A stretch of 15,585 nt of DNA. It comes from an uncultured Janthinobacterium sp. Its GTDB lineage: Bacteria; Vulcanimicrobiota; Vulcanimicrobiia; Vulcanimicrobiales; Vulcanimicrobiaceae. The translations under genes were made by a program, and so were the position numbers. Position 1 is the stretch's first letter; each line of letters opens with the position of its first letter. The notes under the pieces are model-generated. The model was given only the letters and a program-made list of their open reading frames with translations, had not been told where the DNA came from and made no database searches. The DNA lies in contig CAZZXB010000073.1 of assembly GCA_964658025.1 (NCBI GenBank), positions 1 to 15,585 of the forward strand. The letters run 5' to 3'. Below, piece after piece: positions 8,941-15,585 of this stretch.

Positions 8941-9558
8941 TTACGTCGGTGTCGGCGCGGTCGAACCGCGATTCTCTTTGTTGAAAATCTGATCGACGAG
9001 GCCGTACTCTTTGGCGTCGTCGGCCGTCATGTAATAGTCGCGATCGATATCTTTGAGGATTTGTTCGATCGACTTCTTCGTCGTCGTCTCGTAGATGCCC
9101 GCAAGCATCCGGCGCGTGGCGATGAGGTCGCGAGCGGCGATCTCGACGTCGGTCGCCTGACCGCCGATCTGCTGGACCCACGGCTGGTGGATCAAGATCT
9201 TCGAGTGGGGGAGGGCGTACCGCTTCCCCTGCGCGCCGCCGGTGAGCAGGATCGATCCCATCGACGCGGCCATGCCCGCGCAGATCGTCGCGACGTCGGG
9301 GCGTACGAGCTGCATCGCATCGTAAATCGCGAGTCCCGCCGTGACGCTACCGCCCGGGCTGTTGATGTACATATCGATATCTTTATCGGCGTCTTCGCGT
9401 TCGAGAAAGAGGAGCTGGGCGATCACCAAGTTCGCGAGGCCGTCGTCGACGACGCCGCTGACGAACACGATCCGATCTTTGAGTAACCGCGAATAGATGT
9501 CGAACGCGCGCTCGCCTCGAGCGCTCTGTTCGACGACCATGGGGACGAGGTGACCCAA
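8941..9558 (-). CDS. clpP: ATP-dependent Clp protease proteolytic subunit
   Basis: [23 protein letters not shown], and the catalytic triad in AASMGS, IHQP and DRDYYM. TTG start with SD AGGAG. Confidence 0.99.
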   Translation of the reverse strand: MGHLVPMVVEQSARGERAFDIYSRLLKDRIVFVSGVVDDGLANLVIAQLLFLEREDADKDIDMYINSPGGSVTAGLAIYDAMQLVRPDVATICAGMAASMGSILLTGGAQGKRYALPHSKILIHQPWVQQIGGQATDVEIAARDLIATRRMLAGIYETTTKKSIEQILKDIDRDYYMTADDAKEYGLVDQIFNKENRGSTAPTPT

Positions 9559-9592
9559 ATCCTTACTCCTAGATGCGAAGCGACGTGTACGG

Positions 9593-9621
9593 TGTGACTA
9601 CGCCGCGGAGGCGATAGTTGC
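9593..9621 (-). promoter_or_regulatory. Possible ECF-sigma-type internal promoter for clpP-clpX
   Basis: Minus strand GCAACT-N17-GTCACA in the 90-nt tig-clpP gap resembles ECF -35 AAC / -10 GTC motifs. Motif match only. Confidence 0.3.
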
Positions 9622-9648
9622 TTCAGAGGCCCCGACCGTTCGGCCGGA

Positions 9649-10992
9649 TCAGTCGTTCGGCACGGGCTCGCTCGAAGCCGCCTCGCCGCCGGCCGGTTTT
9701 GCGGCCTCCGAGATCGTCGCGTGGTCGAGGACGAACTCGATCGTTTTCGTGCGGACGATGTTCGCCACGAGCGCTTCGAAGTTGGGCCGGAGCATCTCGA
9801 CGATCGCCTCGCGCGGCTGACCGTATTGACGCGAGAGTTGCGCGATCTCGGCTTCGAGATCGGCGTTGGTCGCGGTCACGTTCTCGGCTTTGGCGATCGC
9901 CTCGAGCAACAACGACGAGGCGACGCGCTTCTTCGCCTCCTCGGCGTACTCGAGCCGGAGGGCGTCCTCGGTCTTGCCCTGCTTCTCGAGGTAGTCTTCC
10001 CACGTCAGGCCGGCGCGTTCGACGTAGCTACGCGCTTCGTTCGCGAGACCGTCGGTCTCGCGCTCGAGGAGCACCGCGGGGAGCGGGAAATCGTGCGCCG
10101 CGAGCAAGGTTTCGATCAGCGCCGGGGTGACCTCGCGGCGCTGGACGACGCGCGCGTTCGCTTCGAGCCGATTGCGCAACTCGTCGCGGAGCGACGCGAG
10201 CGTCGCCCCCTCGCCGCCGAATCGTTTCGCGAACTCGTCGTCGAGTTCGGGGAGTTCGACGATCTTGTTCTCGAGCACCCGGACGGTGAAGATCGCCGTC
10301 TTCCCGCCGAGTTCGGCCTGGGTGTAATCGGCCGGGAAACGCGCCTCGATCTCTTTGGTTTCGCCCGCGGACATCCCGATGATGCCCTCGGCGAAGCCGG
10401 GGATGAAACGGTCCGACGCGATCTCGGTCGACTGCCCGGTCGCCGTGCCGCCTTCGAAGGCGACCCCGTCGATCTTGCCTTCGTAGTCGATCGTCGGAAC
10501 GTCGCCCTCGGCGACGGGCCGATCGACCGGGACGAGCGTCCCCGCTTCCTTACGGAGCGACGCGAGTGCCTCGTCGAAGCGTTCGTCCGTCACGACGGTC
10601 GACGGACCGACGAGCGCGATCCCCTTATACGTCCCGAGTTCGATCTGCGGGCGAACCGCGACCGTGGCGCGGAGACGGACGTTTCCGTCGTCCTCCTCCG
10701 GGAGCAGTTCCATCTGCGGTTGGTCGACGGGTTCGAGATCGTTGTCCTCGAGCGCTTTCGAGTACGCTTTCGGGACGACCGCGTCCATCGCGCGCTCCTG
10801 AACGGCGCTCGTTCCGTACTGCGCCTCGAAGACGCGTCGCGGCGCCTTTCCCGGACGGAATCCGGGGATGCGGACGTTCTTGACGAGCTCGCGAAACGCG
10901 CGTTCGCGCGCGGCGTCGAGTTCTTCGCGCGAGATCGAAATTTCGAGCTCGACTTGCGTGGGATCGAGATGTTTGACGGTCGCGGCGCTCAC
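9649..10992 (-). CDS. tig: Trigger factor
   Basis: Ribosome-binding signature IPGFRPGKAP, FKBP domain (IDYEGKIDGVAFEGG, FIPGFAEGIIGM) and tig-clpP-clpX synteny. Start set at the GTG at 10992, after AGGAAGG. Confidence 0.97.
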   Translation of the reverse strand: MSAATVKHLDPTQVELEISISREELDAARERAFRELVKNVRIPGFRPGKAPRRVFEAQYGTSAVQERAMDAVVPKAYSKALEDNDLEPVDQPQMELLPEEDDGNVRLRATVAVRPQIELGTYKGIALVGPSTVVTDERFDEALASLRKEAGTLVPVDRPVAEGDVPTIDYEGKIDGVAFEGGTATGQSTEIASDRFIPGFAEGIIGMSAGETKEIEARFPADYTQAELGGKTAIFTVRVLENKIVELPELDDEFAKRFGGEGATLASLRDELRNRLEANARVVQRREVTPALIETLLAAHDFPLPAVLLERETDGLANEARSYVERAGLTWEDYLEKQGKTEDALRLEYAEEAKKRVASSLLLEAIAKAENVTATNADLEAEIAQLSRQYGQPREAIVEMLRPNFEALVANIVRTKTIEFVLDHATISEAAKPAGGEAASSEPVPND

Positions 10993-11062
10993 GGGGACCT
11001 TCCTGGTGACGACGCACGGAAATCGCAAGCGGGCGTCCGTCGCGACCGGTGAGCGTCCGAAG

Positions 11063-11137
11063 TGGAGCGGAAGACGAGATTCGAACTCGCGACCCTCGCC
11101 TTGGCAAGGCGATGCTCTACCACTGAGCTACTTCCGC
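11063..11137 (-). tRNA. tRNA-Gly (anticodon GCC)
   Basis: GCGGAAGUAGCUCAGUGGUAGAGCAUCGCCUUGCCAAGGCGAGGGUCGCGAGUUCGAAUCUCGUCUUCCGCUCCA: 75-nt cloverleaf, U discriminator, encoded CCA. Confidence 0.98.
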
Positions 11138-11209
11138 GTGGGGACCGGCGCCATTTCCACGCCTCGCATGGAAATCTTTTTCCGCCCGAGACGGCGGCGC
11201 AACCCGCCT

Positions 11210-11238
11210 ATGGTACGGCGGCACCGTGCGTGCGTCAA
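11210..11238 (-). promoter_or_regulatory. Sigma70/SigA promoter for tRNA-Gly (and probably tig-clpP-clpX)
   Basis: Minus strand TTGACG-N17-TACCAT, followed by the GC-rich discriminator AGGCGGG. Confidence 0.8.
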
Positions 11239-11271
11239 GGCGGTTCGTCGGGGTCGCGCGACGCGGACGCG

Positions 11272-12456
11272 CTACGGTCCCGCGCCGATCGCCGCGCGCC
11301 GTGCGAGGTCCGCGGCGTGACGCTCGACGTACCGCTCCGTCAGCGGCATCCGGAACTGGACCATCCCGGGCGACGGCGCGAAGATCACGTCCTTCTTCAC
11401 GAGTTGGTTGCGCGTCGAGCTCATGCGCTCCGACGTGGAATCCAAGCGCGATGCGACGTCGCCCGACGGATGCGGACCTTCGCCGAGGGCGGCGAGCGCG
11501 AGCGCGTATCGCAATTCGCGCGGCGTGAGGTTGCGAAAACGCTCCTCGTAAAAACTCGTTTCGAGCGTACGACGGACGCCCGGCGCGATCGCCTCGACGT
11601 CGGCGAGGGTGATGCGATCCGCGCGATGCACGATCCACGCGGCCGAGGCGTACTCTTGCACGAAAAACGGATAGCCCGCCGTTTCCACGACGAGCCGTTC
11701 GAGCGCGTCGTCCTCCACCGTGACGCCGAGCGCGGCCGCGGGCTCGGCGATCGCCTCGACGGTCTCCGCCGCATCGAGTAAGCCGATCCGGAAGTATCGC
11801 CAGCGTTCGGTGTAGGTTCGCACGGCGTGCATGTGCGTCGGCGAATTCGGGAGGCCGGCGCCGAGGAAGAGGACGGGTTCGTCCGTACCGGCGGTGAGAT
11901 GGACGAACCGCACGATGACGCGCAGATCGTCGAGGCCGCCGTCCTGCAGTTCGTCGATCGCGAAGGCGAGGAAACGATCGTGGGTGCGGACGGCCGCGTT
12001 GAGCGTCTCGAGCGCCTCGACGAGCGATTCGTGTTCGCGTTCCGGCGCGCGCGCCTCGAGCGAGATCGACCCGGCGGCGCCGGGGAGTTCGTAGGTCGTC
12101 TTCGGCAACGCGACGAGTGCGGCATCGAAGGCGGCGCGCAATTTTTTCGGGAGGCTCGCGTACCGATGCTTCGCGTGCTCGAGGCTCCGCCGGAGCGACG
12201 ACGTCACGCGCGTCTCGCGCGAGGCCTCGGCGTAGAGGACGACGGCTCCGCCGTCGGTCGCGTCCTCGACGCAACGTCGGAGTAACGCCGTCTTGCCCAT
12301 CCCGCGCAGACCCGTGAACACGATCGGTTGCGCGGCGCCGCCGCCGCGCGTCAGACCGCACGCATAGTACACGGCGGAGAGTTCGGGCGAGCGTCCGGCG
12401 AGTGCGGGCGGAACGCTTCCGGGAGCCGGCCGAAACGGGTTATCGACGGAGATCAC
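11272..12456 (-). CDS. P-loop ATPase (AAA_16 / archaeal-ATPase / STAND-like) with probable C-terminal winged-helix domain
   Basis: N-terminal NPFRPAPGSVPPALAGR, Walker A GLRGMGKT, Walker B FAIDELQ, GxP motif (AGYPFFVQ) and a wHTH-like tail (LTPRELRYALALA...SGDVASRL...RNQLVKKDVI...QFRMP). Start set at the GTG at 12456; the upstream extension is low-complexity and overlaps the neighbouring gene. Confidence 0.85.
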   Translation of the reverse strand: MISVDNPFRPAPGSVPPALAGRSPELSAVYYACGLTRGGGAAQPIVFTGLRGMGKTALLRRCVEDATDGGAVVLYAEASRETRVTSSLRRSLEHAKHRYASLPKKLRAAFDAALVALPKTTYELPGAAGSISLEARAPEREHESLVEALETLNAAVRTHDRFLAFAIDELQDGGLDDLRVIVRFVHLTAGTDEPVLFLGAGLPNSPTHMHAVRTYTERWRYFRIGLLDAAETVEAIAEPAAALGVTVEDDALERLVVETAGYPFFVQEYASAAWIVHRADRITLADVEAIAPGVRRTLETSFYEERFRNLTPRELRYALALAALGEGPHPSGDVASRLDSTSERMSSTRNQLVKKDVIFAPSPGMVQFRMPLTERYVERHAADLARRAAIGAGP

Positions 12457-12637
12457 GACCGCACGTCCACACCGCGATCTCTCGGGCTGACAAACCTGAC
12501 ATCCTCCGCCGGAGGCCGTCGCTCCGGGATACGCGCGATCCGCGGATGCGGTGCCGGGATCCGCTTCGGCGTCGATGACAAGCCTCGGCATCGCTCGCAT
12601 CCGCCCGCGCCGCGATCCCTCCGGACCCGCCCGGCGG

Positions 12638-14230
12638 TCACCGCGCCTTGAGGATCGTTCGCGCGGCATTCCAACCCGCCGCGCCCATGACCCCGCCGCC
12701 GGGATGGGCGGCCGCGCCGCAGAGATAGAGATCGCGCACGGGGGTCGCGTAACCGGCGAACCCCGCGGCGGGACGGAGCATGAAGAGATTGTTGAGGTGC
12801 ATGCTGCCCTGAAAGATGTTCCCGCCCGTGAGGTTGAACGTGCGCTCGAGATCGAGCGGGCTCAAGATCTGACGCGCGTCGACCGCGTTCTTGAATCCGG
12901 GCGCGTAGCGTTCGACGACGTCGAAACAGCGGTCGGCGAAGGCGTCCTTCGCCGCGTCGTCCCAGACGGCGCCGTCCGCGAGATCGTACGGCGCGTACTG
13001 GCAGAACATCGACATGAGATGTTTGCCCGGCGGCGCGACGGTCTCGTCGACGGACGACGGGATCGTGCACTCGACGACCGGTTCGCGCGACGGTCGACCG
13101 TACTTCGCATCGTCGTACCCGCGTTCGATGTAATCCTGGGACGGACAGAGATGGATCGTTCCGCGGTGTTGCGGACCGACGTTCGAACCCGGCAGCGCCG
13201 TGAAATTCGGCAGCGCGCTCAACGCCACGTTGATCTTCGCCGACGCGCTCGAATAATCGATGCGCCCGAGTTCGGCGACGAACTCCGGCGGGAGCGTCGC
13301 GGGATCCATGAAGCGCTCGAACGTGAGCTTCGCGTCGACGTTACTGACGACGCGGCGGGCGCGTAGCTCGTCGCCGTTGCCCAGCACGACGCCGACGGCA
13401 CGATTTTTCTTCACGAGGATTCGCGCGACTTCGGCCTCCGTGCGGATCTCCGCGCCGTGCGCGCGCGCGGACGCCGCGAGCGCCTGCGTCAGACCGCCCA
13501 TACCGCCCCGCACGTAACTCCAGACGCCTTTCTTTCCGTTCGTCTCGCCCATCACGTGATGGAAGAGCACGTATGCGGTCCCCGGCATGGACGGCGCGGC
13601 GAACGCGCCGATGATCGCATCCGTCGCGAGGGTCGCCTTGAGTTCTTCCGATTCGAACCATCGATCGAGGATCGGACGTGCCGCCCCCGTGAGGATCTCG
13701 ACGGCCTCGCCGATCGCCGGCCCGAGTTTTTTCGCATCGAGCCCGAGCCGGCCGAGCTGCACGAGATCGCCGATCCCGGGACGGACGACGTCGGGCGGCG
13801 TCTGCACGAGCGTCGGCTCCAAGATCGCCGCGACGCGCTCGAGCATCGCTTCGTAACGCGCGTACGCCGTGGCGTCGGCGCGACTGAACTTCGCGATCTC
13901 GCGTTCGTTGGCGTCGCGTTCGCCGCCGAGCAGCAGCGAGCGGCCATCGTCGAACGGCGAGAACGACGCCGGGTTGCGCTCGAGCACTTCGTACCCGAAA
14001 TCTTTCAAGCGAAGGTCGCGCACGATCTCCGGGCGGAACAGGCTGTTGACGTACGCGGCCGTCGAGACTTTATATCCCGCAAAGACGTCGGTCTCCGTGA
14101 CGCACGCGCCGCCGAGGACGTGGCGACGTTCGAGGACGAGTACCTTCCATCTCGCGCGCGCGAGATATGCGGCCGCGACCAATCCGTTGTGACCGCCACC
14201 GATGATGATGGCGTCGTACGTCCTCGCCAT
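12638..14230 (-). CDS. NAD(P)/FAD-dependent oxidoreductase, phytoene dehydrogenase-like (COG1233, PYROXD2-like)
   Basis: Rossmann motif YDAIIIGGGHNGLVAAAYLA, LERR..LGGAC, GGMGGLTQAL, SPLDLER...GGNIFQG and LYLCGAAAHPGGGVMGAAGWNAA. ATG at 14230 after GGGAGG. Confidence 0.9.
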   Translation of the reverse strand: MARTYDAIIIGGGHNGLVAAAYLARARWKVLVLERRHVLGGACVTETDVFAGYKVSTAAYVNSLFRPEIVRDLRLKDFGYEVLERNPASFSPFDDGRSLLLGGERDANEREIAKFSRADATAYARYEAMLERVAAILEPTLVQTPPDVVRPGIGDLVQLGRLGLDAKKLGPAIGEAVEILTGAARPILDRWFESEELKATLATDAIIGAFAAPSMPGTAYVLFHHVMGETNGKKGVWSYVRGGMGGLTQALAASARAHGAEIRTEAEVARILVKKNRAVGVVLGNGDELRARRVVSNVDAKLTFERFMDPATLPPEFVAELGRIDYSSASAKINVALSALPNFTALPGSNVGPQHRGTIHLCPSQDYIERGYDDAKYGRPSREPVVECTIPSSVDETVAPPGKHLMSMFCQYAPYDLADGAVWDDAAKDAFADRCFDVVERYAPGFKNAVDARQILSPLDLERTFNLTGGNIFQGSMHLNNLFMLRPAAGFAGYATPVRDLYLCGAAAHPGGGVMGAAGWNAARTILKAR

Positions 14231-14343
14231 GACCGCGCGTCCTCCCGTCCAGCAGAGCAGGGCGTATTTGCGTTCGCGCCGTGGCGTCCGCCTCTCTTCC
14301 GACCGAACCCGACCGCCGCGCACGCGATGCGGCGGGACGCTCG

Positions 14344-14727
14344 CTACGCGGGGACGGTCTCGAAGGTCATCACGTCGACGCCGGCCTGAGCGAAGTTCTT
14401 GAGATCGGCGACGACCGCGGTACCCTGCGCGGATGCGAGCGCGGATTGGAGCGCGCCGATCGACGCGAACGTCAAGGTCGCGACCTGATAATAGGGATCT
14501 TTCGCGGTCAACCCTTTGCTCAGCGTGAACGACTGCAACCCCGGAAGCGTTTTCGCGAGCGGCGCGTGATGGTCCGCGTAGTAACGATCGAACGCGGCGG
14601 GATCGGCCGGTTTCTTGTAGAGCGCGAGGATCGTCGCGCTCCCCGTCCCGGACGTCGCCGCGACGGCGGGAAGCGCGAGGGACGCGGCGGCGGACGCCGA
14701 GAGGAATGCGAGACGCGAAGCGGACAT
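14344..14727 (-). CDS. EthD-family (dimeric alpha-beta barrel) protein with N-terminal signal-peptide-like leader
   Basis: LYKKPADPAAFDRYYADHHAPLAKTLPGL...VATLTFAS...ALASAQG..VVADLKNFA matches the EthD pattern. SD GGAG upstream. Confidence 0.85.
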   Translation of the reverse strand: MSASRLAFLSASAAASLALPAVAATSGTGSATILALYKKPADPAAFDRYYADHHAPLAKTLPGLQSFTLSKGLTAKDPYYQVATLTFASIGALQSALASAQGTAVVADLKNFAQAGVDVMTFETVPA

Positions 14728-14957
14728 CGAAAATACTCCACCATCGAAACGAGATGGACGTTGTTCCGGCGCGCGTCGGAACGAACCTTCGCGCGCGTTG
14801 CTACAGGACCGAACGTTATCGCGGCGATGCGCGGACGGCGAGTGGCCGCGGCGAACAACATGCGTGCGTCAGGCGGATACCGAGCGCCCGAAAAGCGCCC
14901 CGGAATGCGTCCGAATTCGCGCGCGACGCCCGCGATTTGGGGGTCGCGGGTCGGCTC

Positions 14958-14982
14958 GTTTAACCGACCCGTTGCTGGGTAC
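14958..14982 (+). promoter_or_regulatory. SigB/SigF-type general-stress promoter
   Basis: GTTTAA-N13-GGGTAC, against the Bacillus SigB consensus GTTTAA-N12-14-GGG(A/T)A(A/T); 50 nt upstream of two stress-type genes. Confidence 0.7.
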
Positions 14983-15032
14983 GACCCTGCAGCATACGTA
15001 AGGCGGTCGCATCGACCGCGGAGAGGAGCGTT

Positions 15033-15254
15033 ATGGGACTTTTGGATGAAGTCGGCAAGGTCGTCGAAAACGTCAAGGACGCGATCAGCGAGGCCGGACA
15101 TCGCAGCGCCGCCGAGGCGGAGCAGACGAAGCGGGACGTCGCCGGCGATCAGATGACGACGGGTGAGAAAATTGGTTCGGTGGTGAATCAAGCGAAGCAT
15201 TCGACGCAAGCCGAAGTCGATCGCGCCAAGCAAGATCTGCGAAGCAACACGTAG
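15033..15254 (+). CDS. Small hydrophilic helical protein, CsbD/LEA-like (putative general stress protein)
   Basis: SD GAGGAG before the ATG; 73 aa rich in A/E/K/D/Q with no aromatic residues or Cys; 2 nt from the next gene. The family assignment is tentative. Confidence 0.75.
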   Translation: MGLLDEVGKVVENVKDAISEAGHRSAAEAEQTKRDVAGDQMTTGEKIGSVVNQAKHSTQAEVDRAKQDLRSNT

Positions 15255-15256
15255 CC

Positions 15257-15517
15257 GTGGATATTCTCGCATGGCTCGTCGTCGGTTTGATCGCGGGCGC
15301 GCTCGCGAAGTTCGTCGTTCCCGGTGAGGGCCCCGGCGGGATCGTCGGCGATCTCATCGTCGGCATCATCGGAGCGTTCGTGGGCGGCTTCATCTTCAAC
15401 GCCTTGGGGCACTCCGGCGCGAGCGGCATCAATCTCTACAGCATCCTCGTCGCCTTCGTCGGAGCCGTCGTTCTGTTATTCATCCTACGGGCGTTCACGC
15501 GTCGATCGGCGACCTAA
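15257..15517 (+). CDS. GlsB/YeaQ/YmgE family stress-response membrane protein (transglycosylase-associated protein)
   Basis: Characteristic pattern ILAWLVVGLIAGALAKFVVPG...GGIVGDLIVGIIGAFVGG...SILVAFVGAVVLLFI; 3 TM helices. Confidence 0.93.
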   Translation: MDILAWLVVGLIAGALAKFVVPGEGPGGIVGDLIVGIIGAFVGGFIFNALGHSGASGINLYSILVAFVGAVVLLFILRAFTRRSAT

Positions 15518-15529
15518 ACGCAAGGGGAA

Positions 15530-15549
15530 ACCGAGCATCGGCGCTCGGT
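15530..15549. terminator. Stem-loop downstream of the GlsB-family gene, possible terminator
   Basis: ACCGAGC-atcggc-GCTCGGT, 7-bp stem. Only a short U-run, on the minus strand. Confidence 0.4.
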
Positions 15550-15585
15550 GAAAGCTCGTTGAAAAGAAGTCGGTGCGACGCGCCG

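Noticed and set aside
11117..12361. 414-aa alternate-frame minus ORF and the 11062-11781 plus ORF
   Set aside because: Arg-rich frame artefacts overlapping the ATPase and the tRNA.
11063..12456. tRNA-Gly as the integration site of a genomic island carrying the ATPase
   Set aside because: No integrase and no duplicated tRNA 3' end seen; the ATPase lies on the 5' side of the tRNA and tig follows its 3' end directly.
12457..12669. 71-aa N-terminal extension of the ATPase ORF
   Set aside because: Low-complexity Arg/Gly sequence overlapping the upstream gene; family similarity begins at NPF.
14728..14957. Possible ncRNA (6S-like) in the divergent gap, including a CCCGCGA/TCGCGGG hairpin at about 14929-14950
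   Set aside because: Only short GC-rich pairings expected by chance; no recognisable family motif.

Overview
GC-rich, CpG-rich bacterial chromosomal window. A TonB-dependent receptor shows the host is a diderm; the protein style suggests Vulcanimicrobiota/Eremiobacterota, but that is only a guess. Left part (minus strand): a cobalamin-riboswitch-controlled operon, btuB-like receptor - cbiA/cobB - uncharacterised 174-aa membrane protein - cobU - cobT - cobS (cobS runs off the window), with a divergent FMN-dependent azoreductase gene. Middle (minus strand): a sigma70-type promoter, tRNA-Gly(GCC), tig, clpP and clpX. Right part: a standalone P-loop ATPase with a probable C-terminal winged helix, a phytoene-dehydrogenase/PYROXD2-like flavoprotein, an EthD-like protein with a signal-peptide-like leader, and a plus-strand pair of small stress genes behind a SigB-like promoter. 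The best novelty candidates are the riboswitch-regulated membrane protein (a possible stand-alone corrinoid or cobalt importer), the riboswitch's covarying UUGCG:CGCAA kissing loop over an RBS-sequestering hairpin, and the apparently exported EthD. I saw no CRISPR array, integrase or transposase.
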